A stretch of 64,000 nucleotides of DNA from NCBI GenBank assembly GCA_965209055.1, contig OZ242374.1:448001-512000 (forward strand). Reading direction: 5' to 3'. Source of the DNA: Acidobacteriota bacterium (GTDB lineage: Bacteria; Acidobacteriota; UBA6911; RPQK01; JAJDTT01). This document shows, piece after piece, positions 20,741 to 29,527 of the stretch; within the stretch, counting starts at the first letter, position 1; each line of letters opens with the position of its first letter. The notes below the pieces were generated by a model. It did no database searches. It was given only the letters and a program-made list of their open reading frames with translations, and had not been told where the DNA came from. The translations under genes and the position numbers were made by a program.

Positions 20741-21976
20741 TCAACGGAGCCGGCCGGCCACCCGTTCCGGACTCTCGCCAGCCAGATAGCTCGCCCAGTC
20801 CTCCATGAGCCGACGCCGACGCTCGAACAGGTCCGTGCGCCGGTACGCCGCCTCGACCTTGTTCTTCACCACATGCGCCAGCGCCGCCTCGACCACCTCG
20901 CGTGGATGATCCGTCTCCTCGGCCGCCCAGTCCCGGAAACTCGACCGGAACCCGTGCGGCACGGCGGCGATCCCGTTCCGGCGCAGCAGCTTGCGCAACC
21001 GGCCGGAGCCGAGCGGCTTTCCGCCCCTTCGGGCGAAGATCAACCGGGTGGCTCCATGATCCAGCGTGCGTGCCTTCTCCAGGATCTCATTCGCCCGGCG
21101 GCACAAAGGCACCCGGTGCGCCCGTTTGGTCTTCATGCGCATTCCGGGAACCGTCCACGTCCTTTGCGCCGGATCGATCTCCGGCCACTCGGCCCACCGC
21201 ACCTCGCCCCACCTCGCCGCCGTGAGCACCAGGAACTCGAAGGCCAGCAGGGACACGGGCATCGCGTTGGAGGCCCGCACCTTCCGGAGGGCCGCCCCCA
21301 CCTCGCGATGCGGCAAGGCCGGCATGTGCCGCACCACGTCGTCCTGTGCTCCGAGCACCGACACGACCCGGTCGCAGGGGTTGTCGGTCCGGTATTCCAT
21401 CGCCACGGCCCACTCCAGGACCGTGCGGAGGCGCTGACGCACGGTCCGGGCCGTGCGCGACTTCACGTGCCAGATGGGCACGAGGATCTCCAGGACGTCG
21501 CCGCTGGTCACCTCCGAGACCGGCATCCGGCCGATGTGAGGAAAGGCGTAGCGTCGAAAGCTCGCCATCCAGTCGTGGGCCTGCCTCTGATTGCGCCAGC
21601 CGGCCCGCTTCTGCTCCACCACCCGCTCGGCGGCTTCGGCGAAGGTCGGCATGTTGCGCGTGCGTCGTCTCTCGGTCAGGGGATCTCCACCCTCGCGGGC
21701 CAGCTTGCGGTTGGCCCGCGCCTTCTCGCGGGCCTCGGCCAGGGACACCAGTGCCACACCGCCGAGTCCGAAGTCGCGGCGGCGGCCGCGGATGACGAGG
21801 CGTTGGATCCAGCTTCGTGCTCCGTTAGGCTTGACGAAGAGGTAGAGTCCGTTGCCGTCGCAGTGTTTGCCCGGTGGGGCGGAGCGCACGAAAGCGGCGG
21901 AGAGCGCCTTGTGGGGGTGGCGGCCCTTCGGCTTGGTCTTCCGGGGCAAAAGGGGAGCACTGATTACATCACCCAT
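20741..21976 (-). CDS. int: P4-type tyrosine integrase (arm-binding DUF4102-like N-terminus), apparently intact
   Basis: GKHCDGNGLYLFV..GARSWIQR, VSLAEAREKA, catalytic R (TAARWGE), K (MKT), HGFR, LAH and AY. Confidence 0.92.
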   Translation of the reverse strand: MGDVISAPLLPRKTKPKGRHPHKALSAAFVRSAPPGKHCDGNGLYLFVKPNGARSWIQRLVIRGRRRDFGLGGVALVSLAEAREKARANRKLAREGGDPLTERRRTRNMPTFAEAAERVVEQKRAGWRNQRQAHDWMASFRRYAFPHIGRMPVSEVTSGDVLEILVPIWHVKSRTARTVRQRLRTVLEWAVAMEYRTDNPCDRVVSVLGAQDDVVRHMPALPHREVGAALRKVRASNAMPVSLLAFEFLVLTAARWGEVRWAEWPEIDPAQRTWTVPGMRMKTKRAHRVPLCRRANEILEKARTLDHGATRLIFARRGGKPLGSGRLRKLLRRNGIAAVPHGFRSSFRDWAAEETDHPREVVEAALAHVVKNKVEAAYRRTDLFERRRRLMEDWASYLAGESPERVAGRLR

Positions 21977-22146
21977 TACACCATAATAAACGGGATGGAG
22001 ATGGATATCAAGGGACGTCAGGGGAGGAAGAAACGGGGTGAGAACAGGTCTAAACTAAAGAAAAACAACCACTTAAAATATATTCCGGGATCTCTTGGGA
22101 TATCTCTGGATTCAATGGGTGTGTTGCCGTCCCCCCTACCCCCCTG

Positions 22147-22176
22147 TCGGCGGTAGGAAAGTCGCCGCTCCCCTAC
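22147..22176. repeat. REP-like element (GTAGGGGAGCGGCGACTTTCCTACCGCCG on the minus strand)
   Basis: Similar to the 3677 and 5003 units; its GTAG head contains the stop codon of the DUF1501 gene. Confidence 0.65.
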
Positions 22177-23624
22177 GCCATTATTTCGGTGACGGCGTGT
22201 CCGTGGACGTCGGTCAGGCGGCGTTCGATGCCGTTGTGGTAGTAGGTGAGGCGTCTATGGTCGATCCCCAGCAGGTGAAGGACCGTGGCGTGGTAGTCGT
22301 AGATGGTGACCGGGCTCTCCGCCGGCTTGTAGCCCAGCTCGTCTGAAGCTCCATAGATGAACCCCGGCTTGAGGCCGGCCCCGGCCAGCCAGCAGGTGAA
22401 GCACTCGGGGTGATGGTCCCGTCCCAGGGCGCCTCCCTGGGCCACGGGCGTCCGGCCGAACTCGGTCACCCCCAAGACGAGCGTGTCCTCCAGCATGCCG
22501 CGCGAATCCAGGTCCTGGAGCAGGCCGGCGACGGGACGATCGTACTCCAGCGCCATCTTGGTGTGGTTTTTCTCCAGTCTGCCATGGGCATCCCAGCTGT
22601 TTCCCGGGCCGCCGTTGTAAACCTGGACGAATCGAACTCCGCGCTCCAGCAGGCGGCGCGCCAGCAGACAGCGGCGGCCGAACGCTTCGGTTTCTTTCGC
22701 GTCCAGGCCGTAGAGTCGGCGGGTGCTCTCGCTTTCCCGCTCGATATCGGCAATTTCAGGGACGCTCAACTGCATCCGCGCCGCCAGCTCGTAGGATTTG
22801 AGCCGCGCCTCCAGCGAGCTGTCGCCCGGATGCGCTTGCTGGTAGACGCGATTCATGCGTGTCAGCCACTTCAGGCCGGCGCGCCGCTGGGCGGGCGGGA
22901 CAGATTCGGGAGTGGTCAGATCATGCAGTGCATCGCCGGACGTGCGAAACGGCGTCCCCTGGTGGGAAGCGGGCAAGAAAGAAGCGCCCCACTGCAGAAC
23001 GCCTCCCCAGGGGTGGTCGGCGGGGTCGGGCAGGACGACGAACGCCGGCAGGTCTTCGTTCTCGGTCCCCAGCCCGTAGCTGATCCAGGCCCCCATGCTG
23101 GGAAAGCCGCTCAGCGGAAAACCGGTGTTCATCTGGGCCACCGCCGGCATGTGGTTGGCGCTTTTGGAGACCATGGATTGAATGAGCGTGAGATTGTCGG
23201 CGCACCCGGCCAGATGCGGCAGCAGGCTGCTCACCCAGAGTCCACTCTCGCCGCGCCGGCGGAACTCGAACGGACTCCCGAAAAGGTGGCCGGCCTCTCC
23301 GAAGAACGTGGTCATTTTGAACGGGGTGCCGTTGCGCCTGGTGAGTTCGGGTTTGTAGTCCAACGTGTCGAGGTGGCTCATGCCGCCGAGTGCGAACACC
23401 TGGACGACGCGCTTGGCTCTGGGAGTAAAGTGCGGCAGTTGGCTCGACCCGGAGGCTGGGGCGTTCCCGCGCGCCGCACCCGCGGCCAACGCTTCCCGAT
23501 GGGTCAACCACGAGAGCGCCATCCAGCCGAATCCCGCTCCGGCATCGAAGAGCCATCGGCGGCGGGACAGCGGGCTGAATCGGCGTTGTATTGCTGAGAG
23601 TCCGGCCATACGGCAATCCGTCAA
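22173..23624 (-). CDS. DUF1501 (sulfatase-like) protein with Tat-like signal
   Basis: SRRRWL, HFTPRAKRVVQVFALGGMSHLDTLDYKP, LLARRLLERGVRFVQV, TEFGRTP, GRDHH. Confidence 0.92.
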   Translation of the reverse strand: MTDCRMAGLSAIQRRFSPLSRRRWLFDAGAGFGWMALSWLTHREALAAGAARGNAPASGSSQLPHFTPRAKRVVQVFALGGMSHLDTLDYKPELTRRNGTPFKMTTFFGEAGHLFGSPFEFRRRGESGLWVSSLLPHLAGCADNLTLIQSMVSKSANHMPAVAQMNTGFPLSGFPSMGAWISYGLGTENEDLPAFVVLPDPADHPWGGVLQWGASFLPASHQGTPFRTSGDALHDLTTPESVPPAQRRAGLKWLTRMNRVYQQAHPGDSSLEARLKSYELAARMQLSVPEIADIERESESTRRLYGLDAKETEAFGRRCLLARRLLERGVRFVQVYNGGPGNSWDAHGRLEKNHTKMALEYDRPVAGLLQDLDSRGMLEDTLVLGVTEFGRTPVAQGGALGRDHHPECFTCWLAGAGLKPGFIYGASDELGYKPAESPVTIYDYHATVLHLLGIDHRRLTYYHNGIERRLTDVHGHAVTEIMA

Positions 23625-26600
23625 TTCACGTACAGAAACTCGCTGGTGTTGAAGAGGCCCCAGCAGAGACTGGACAGCCCGTGTTCTCCAACCAGATCTT
23701 CGCTCCAGCTCAACTCCTCCCGTCCCGGCAAACGTCCCAGCGCAATCCGGAAGGCGCGGCGGACCTGGTGTTCCCGGCCGGACTCCGATTCCCGTTCAAC
23801 CCGGCCGGCGAACGCCCGGGCTTGCCGCAGGACGAAGGCATTGTTCATGAGGCTCAGCGCCTGCAGGGCGGTCGTCGTGACCACGCGCTTGGGGGTCTTC
23901 ACGTTCGGATTGGGACAATCGAACGAGTCGAGCAACGGACTCGGCGCCGAGACGACGCTCATGCGATACACGGAGCGGCGGTTGAGCGCCGGTTCATCGG
24001 CATCGACCTGCGTATACATCTCGAAGGCGCCCGGTTTCTCTTCCGATCTAAAAGGACGGAAGCTGGGACCCCCCATTTCCCAGTTCACCTGTCCGCTGGC
24101 CAGAAGCATCGCGTCGCGGATGGCCTCTCCTTCGAGGCGTCGCGGAGCGTAACGCCAGAGCAGCCGGTTGCCGGCGTCGATTTCCGCGGCGGCCGCTCTC
24201 CAGGCCGAGGCTTGACGATAGGTTTGCGACGTCATGATGAGGCGGTGCAGGTTCTTGACGCTCCATCCGCCTCGTATGAACTCGCCGGCCAGCCAGTCGA
24301 GCAACTCGGGGTGGGTCGGTTGACCGCCATTGAAACCGAGATCATTGGGATTCTCCACCAGGCCCCTTCCGAAGAGGTAGTGCCAAACGCGGTTCACCAT
24401 GGTTCTGGCGAAGATGGGATTTCGGGGATTCGCCAGCCACTCCGCCAACCGAATTCGGCGATCCGCTTCGGGAGCGTCTACCTCCAGTCCGAACTCGGGC
24501 GAACCAGCCGGGATGCAGGACAAGCCCCCGGCCGACACCTTCTCCAATTTCGTGTTCGGGTCGCCGCGTTCCAGCAGCCAGGTCGAGCCGGGCTGCCGGA
24601 CGTCGGCGGCATAGATCCTCTGCGGGTCCGGAATCGCCTCCCGCCGCGCCCGCAAATTCTTCAGTTCGGCCCGCAGTTCGAGCGCCCTCGATCTCTCGGC
24701 GGAAGTCATGACCGGGTCCAATTCTTCTTGCCGGACATTGGGAGCCCCGCCCCGGTAGGAGGCCTCCACCTGATCCTCGGTCAGGGCGACGTCGTAAAGG
24801 CGCGCTTCCTCCAGTTCAAGGTCCTTGGAGACGTTGAACGCCACTCTCGCTTCCCCGGCCAGGTAAGTCTGCAGCCGGCCTTCCGGGATCCTGATGTCGG
24901 GAGTGTAGGCCTCGCCGTACGGTTTGCCATCTCGGTAAAGGCGAATGCTGTGGTCGGCCGCGTAGCAGATCGCGATATGGATCAACCGGGCGGCCTCGCC
25001 GGTTTCCGCTGTCCCGTTCCCATCCGCGGTGCGGAAGGAGCTGCTGCTGGTATTCAGCCACTCCTTGGAGTCGCCGCCGGAGAACATGATGCCGTCCTTA
25101 ACGGCGCCGAGCAAAGCTTCCGTATTGTGGATTTGAACGGCGGTGATCAGCTCTTCCGGAAGCCGGTTCAACCAGAACCAGGCTTCGATCGTCTTTTCCC
25201 GCAATTCCCGGGGGAGCGGGACCGTCTTGACGGCCGCCGACCCCTTGGGGTCTGTGCCGGCGGCCACCCGCAGGCGCCCTTCGGCCAGGACCACTTTCTC
25301 CGACATCTCGATGTGCAGGGACCCCGCCGAGTCGCGGCTGTTGAGATCGAAGGTCCACCGGGCGATGGGAGAGGGCGCGGCGACGTTCGCCGGACCGCCT
25401 GCCCTCCGTGACAGCACACGCCGGCGAGCGGGAAGCTCAATGGAGGCCAGACGATCTTCGAACCGTGCAATCGGTTCCTCGAGTGATTGCACCCGTTCCC
25501 GGAGCGCGACCTGCTCGGCAGGCGTCAGCAGGTCCCGGTCTCCCTGCCAGACGCCGTCGAAGGCGGCCTTCATCCGGTAGTACTCGCGCTGCGGGATGGG
25601 GTCGTACTTGTGGTCGTGGCAGCGCGCGCAGTTCACGGTCAGGCCCAGGAAGGTCTGCGAGACCGTCCCGATCATCTCCTCCATCTGTTCCTGCCGGACC
25701 ATCTCGCGCTGCACGGGGACGCTGGACATGAATCCCACGGTGTCGGAGGGTCCGGACACCAGAAACCCGGTGGCGACGACACCGTCACGGGTGACCGGCG
25801 CCAACACGTCGCCGGCGATCTGTTCCCGAGCGAAATCCAGGTAGGGTTTGTCCCGGTTGAAGCTCCCGATGACGTAGTCGCGATAGGGCCAGGCGTTTTC
25901 CCGGAGCGTGTCCCGTTCGAACCCCTCGCTCTCGGCGAAACGCATCACGTCGAGCCAATGCCGCCCCCAGCGTTCCCCATAGCGGGGGGACGTCAGCAGA
26001 CGGTCGATCAGCTTCTCGTAGGCCGCGGGAGAGGAGTCGTCGATAAAGGCCGAGATGTCCTCAAAGCTGGGCGGCAGTCCGGTTAGGTCGTAGCTGGCCC
26101 GGCGAATGAGCGTCCGGCGGTCGGCCGGTGGACTGGGCTCCAGACCCGCTTCCGTCATCCGGGAGTAGACGAACCGGTCGATGGGCGAGGACTGCCACTG
26201 CTCCGGTGTCGTTTCCGGCAATGGCGCCTGAGGTTTGCGCAAGGGCTGGAAAGACCACCAGTCGGAGTCGTTGCGCTTGATTGGCGATTTTGACCCGATC
26301 GGACGGTCCCACGCCGCGCCGGCTGCAATCCAATCCCTGAAAACCTCACGATCCGCCGCAGACAGGGGACTCCCCGGAGGCATCTCCCCGGAGGAGACCC
26401 TGGACCACAGCAGGCTTGACTCGGGATGGCCGGGGACCAGAGCCGGCCCGTGGTCTCCACCGCGAAGGGCGGTTTCGAGCTGCGTCAGGTCCAGTCCGGA
26501 AGTCGCCAATTGGGAGTTGTGACAGCCGAGACATTCGGCCGCGATCAGTTCGGTGGCCCGCGACTCCGGGTCTGATGGACCGACCTCCGAACGAGCCCGG

Positions 26601-26659
26601 CTCGCCAACGCCAGCCCGGCGATCGAAAGGAAGACGATGATGGTTCTGTTTCTCTTCAA
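23621..26659 (-). CDS. PSD1/PSCyt (DUF1553/DUF1549) planctomycete cytochrome c domain protein with LamG-like insert
   Basis: CLGCH and CARCHDHKYDPI heme motifs, YGERWGRHWLDV, HPELLDWLA, QALSLMN; adjacent to DUF1501 as is usual. Confidence 0.92.
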   Translation of the reverse strand: MKRNRTIIVFLSIAGLALASRARSEVGPSDPESRATELIAAECLGCHNSQLATSGLDLTQLETALRGGDHGPALVPGHPESSLLWSRVSSGEMPPGSPLSAADREVFRDWIAAGAAWDRPIGSKSPIKRNDSDWWSFQPLRKPQAPLPETTPEQWQSSPIDRFVYSRMTEAGLEPSPPADRRTLIRRASYDLTGLPPSFEDISAFIDDSSPAAYEKLIDRLLTSPRYGERWGRHWLDVMRFAESEGFERDTLRENAWPYRDYVIGSFNRDKPYLDFAREQIAGDVLAPVTRDGVVATGFLVSGPSDTVGFMSSVPVQREMVRQEQMEEMIGTVSQTFLGLTVNCARCHDHKYDPIPQREYYRMKAAFDGVWQGDRDLLTPAEQVALRERVQSLEEPIARFEDRLASIELPARRRVLSRRAGGPANVAAPSPIARWTFDLNSRDSAGSLHIEMSEKVVLAEGRLRVAAGTDPKGSAAVKTVPLPRELREKTIEAWFWLNRLPEELITAVQIHNTEALLGAVKDGIMFSGGDSKEWLNTSSSSFRTADGNGTAETGEAARLIHIAICYAADHSIRLYRDGKPYGEAYTPDIRIPEGRLQTYLAGEARVAFNVSKDLELEEARLYDVALTEDQVEASYRGGAPNVRQEELDPVMTSAERSRALELRAELKNLRARREAIPDPQRIYAADVRQPGSTWLLERGDPNTKLEKVSAGGLSCIPAGSPEFGLEVDAPEADRRIRLAEWLANPRNPIFARTMVNRVWHYLFGRGLVENPNDLGFNGGQPTHPELLDWLAGEFIRGGWSVKNLHRLIMTSQTYRQASAWRAAAAEIDAGNRLLWRYAPRRLEGEAIRDAMLLASGQVNWEMGGPSFRPFRSEEKPGAFEMYTQVDADEPALNRRSVYRMSVVSAPSPLLDSFDCPNPNVKTPKRVVTTTALQALSLMNNAFVLRQARAFAGRVERESESGREHQVRRAFRIALGRLPGREELSWSEDLVGEHGLSSLCWGLFNTSEFLYVN

Positions 26660-26977
26660 GAGAGGGACCTGCGGGCAATTTTACACCAACCGCGGCTCTT
26701 GTCTCGAACGGTAGGAGCGGGGGTTTTCCAATCCCGTCCGCCCCTCAGTCAAGAACTACTAAACATTAACGTTTTCAGTCATTTTTCGGGTTCTTCGCCG
26801 AATCGGAAAAGTGGTTGACTCCCTGTGTCTGGCACGCTGCACAGGCAACAAACAGGCAGCATAGTCAACACCCGAAAGCCGACACATCCTTCCTCGTTTC
26901 CGATCTGCCCTACCGGACAGACTCGCCAAATCCCTTTTTTTCGGAGGCTATACCCTGCGTTTCTACCGCCATGGTTC

Positions 26978-27244
26978 TTACCTAGAAGTATTCACTCGAT
27001 TGACCACGTGCACTTTTAACCTGGGTCCCAGGCGCGGGTGATCAACCTGGATCATCTCTTCAAGAGCCGGGATCCGAACAAAGCACGGTCGATCTGGTGA
27101 CCCGCACAACTCAGACTGTGCCCGGGCGACCGGTTCCACCGAACATGCCCCTTGGCCCGCCAGCATTGCGAGCGATAGGGCAATCACTCCAAACACCACG
27201 CGGCTGTACCAATCAACCAATATTACTTTGTGTCTCGATACCAT
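26978..27244 (-). CDS. Small hypothetical membrane or secreted protein (88 aa)
   Basis: GGAGG RBS before ATG 27244; hydrophobic helix VVFGVIALSLAMLAG; CGSPDRPC. Confidence 0.55.
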   Translation of the reverse strand: MVSRHKVILVDWYSRVVFGVIALSLAMLAGQGACSVEPVARAQSELCGSPDRPCFVRIPALEEMIQVDHPRLGPRLKVHVVNRVNTSR

Positions 27245-27874
27245 GTTTCCTCCTATCTCTTTCGTCTGTCCCGTTTCGCCAAGCGGTTGTATCACACAAG
27301 CTGAAGATTGTGCTCATCACTATCTTCGATGCGTTCCAAGGCGAGATTTCTCAGCACTCTGCTCTTTCCAAGGGTGAGTCCGCGTCACCCAGCCGTTGAG
27401 GTCTCGGGTTATTCCCAATACTGAGTACAACGGCTGAAATCGGGATCGGTCACACTCTTTTTGACGGCAGCGGCTTCGGGGATGATTTGAGGGGCAGACT
27501 AGAGCGGTCATCGAGGCGCTGCTGGATCAGCGTGGCGGCACGGTTCAATGCTAGGTCATTAGAAGTTCGATCTGGAGCTTCGATTTCCGAAGTCGAGCCT
27601 GCCGACGTGGTGACGCAGCCGACAGGCCATGAGTCAACTCGTCCTATGCCGGAGGAAGAGCCAGCCTGACAGTCATTTTGCTTCACCCGTCGCTGGGGTT
27701 CAACGCAACATAGGCCCACCAGTCCCTCTTCCAGAGAGATCCACAAAAGTCCATTAAGTATCTATTCAACAGCTATTTGCCTCGCTTACCCGTCCATACT
27801 TTTCCAGTAGCATATCTTGACATCCGGGGGCAATATCGGAGGCAGATCAGAAATTTTCGAAAGGAGTTGCCCCC

Positions 27875-29126
27875 ATGCCTCTCACTGCTATTGCCATCCG
27901 TGATGCCAAACCCTCCGCGAAGACCCGAAAAATGTTCGACGGACGCGGTCTGTACTTGGAATTAACTCCCCGCGGCAACAAGTGGTGGCGCCTGAAATAC
28001 CGCTTCGCAGGCAAGGAGAAGCGGATCTCCCTGGGTGTCTATCCGGACGTATCTCTGAAGCAAGCCCGGAAGTCGGCGCCAGGAGGCCCGCCGGCTATTG
28101 GCCCAGGGGATCAATCCCAGCGAGCACCGCAAAGCGCAGAAGGCCGCGAAAGAGCAAGGGGCCGCCAACAGCTTCGAAGCGGTGGCGCGGGAATGGTTCA
28201 GCAAACATTCTCCCAACTGGGCCACCAGTCATGCCAGCCGGGTCCTCAGCCGACTGGAGCGAGATGTTTTCCCGTGGATGGGCAGCAACCCCGCGCCTAC
28301 CATCACCGCACCCGAATTGTTGACGGTCGTTCGCCGGATCGAACAACGGGGGGCTCTGGAGAGTGCCCACCGGACCCTTCAGATCTGCGGTCAAGTATTT
28401 CGCTATGCCGTGGCCACTGGAAGGGCGCAGCGTGACCCTTCGGGTGACTTACGGGGTGCGTTGCCGCCGTTCAGGACCAAACACTTTGCAGCGCTCACCG
28501 AACCGAAGCAGGTGGGTCCCTTGCTGCGAGTGCTGGACGGCTACCAAGGGACACTGATCGTGCGTTGTGCCCTGCGCTTCGCTCCGTTGGTCTTCGTTCG
28601 ACCTGGAGAGTTACGCCAAGCTCAGTGGTCGGACATCGATCTGGAGGCGGCCGAGTGGCGCTACACAGTCAGCAAGACCGAGATTCGCCACATCGTTCCG
28701 CTCTCCCGCCAAGCGGTGGAGATCCTGCGCGAACTACACCCTCTGACCGGGCAGGGGCGCTATGTGTTTCCCAGTGCCCGCACTCCGAGGGGAGACCGGC
28801 CCATGAGCGACAATGCCGTTCTCGCCGCCCTGCGCCGTATGGGAATCGGGAAGGAGGAGATGACGGGCCATGGGTTTCGGGCGATGGCGAGAACGATCCT
28901 GGATGAAGTGTTGGGATTTCGTCCCGACTTCATCGAGCACCAGTTGGCCCACGCGGTGCGGGATCCCAACGGGCGGGCTTACAACCGCACGGCCTATCTC
29001 CCGGAACGGAGAAAGATGATGCAGGAGTGGGCCGACTACCTCGATCAACTGAAGGCTGATGTCGTTCCGATGCATCCAAAGCGACTGGATCAAAACTCAG
29101 GAATCCACCTGAGCGGTGGTCTCTAG
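27875..29126 (+). pseudogene. int: P4-type (IntA-like) tyrosine integrase with a +1 frameshift at ~28070
   Basis: MPLTAIAIRDAKP..DGRGLYL..WRLKYRFAGKEK in frame 1; removing one A restores ARSRRQEARRLLAQGINPS; VRPGEL, HGFR, QLAH and AYNR are intact; GGGGGCA / TGCCCCC arm-type sites upstream. Confidence 0.88.
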
Positions 29127-29237
29127 TGCCGTCTGGTTTCCCGTCGAAAAAACCCAAGACATCCAGAGATCGCCTGCAAGGGAAGGGAACCGGCTTTCAA
29201 TCTCCTGGGCGGCCTGTGGCGAGCGGCTTTCAATGAG

Positions 29238-29324
29238 TGCCCGGGGTGGGAGTCGAACCCACATGGAGGGAGAACCTCCACAGGATTTTAAGTCCTGCGC
29301 GTCTGCCAGTTTCGCCACCCGGGC
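29238..29324 (-). tRNA. tRNA-Leu (anticodon TAA)
   Basis: GCCCGGG/CCCGGGC acceptor stem, TGGCGAAACTGGCAGACGC D-arm, CAGGA-CT-TAA-AA-TCCTG anticodon arm, long variable arm TGGAGG/CCTCCA, GTGGGTTCGACTCCCAC T-arm; CCA not encoded. Confidence 0.95.
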
Positions 29325-29527
29325 ATCCATCCGCCCCTCCAACGGGGACGGCCGGCCCGATCGTATCCAGGAAGCGCGCCCGGAAGCCACCACCGCCGGG
29401 CCTCCACGGCCGATGAATCCGTCTCCTGCCGCCAGGGAATATCCCGGCAAGGGTTTTCTCCGGAGTGTATTCTCAATCCACGAGATCCTGGTTCCGGACC
29501 CGCACTCCCGGAAGAGGTGCGATCCTC

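Larger units (their letters stand above)
15389..22134. mobile_element. Integrative island 1 (~6.7 kb) with P4-type integrase; att core TGCCGTCCCC duplicated at both ends
   Basis: TGCCGTCCCC at 15389-15398 and 22125-22134; abrupt AT-rich arm regions inside both ends; integrase at the right end pointing inward; lower-GC cargo. Confidence 0.8.

Noticed and set aside
27300-27720. Short ORFs in the low-GC stretches 27300-27720 and 34230-34740
   Set aside because: Fragmentary with no motif; probably decayed cargo, and no call can be supported
29126-29324. tRNA-Leu as attB of the adjacent integrase
   Set aside because: No duplicated tRNA 3' end was seen in the window and the integrase orientation is atypical; left unresolved
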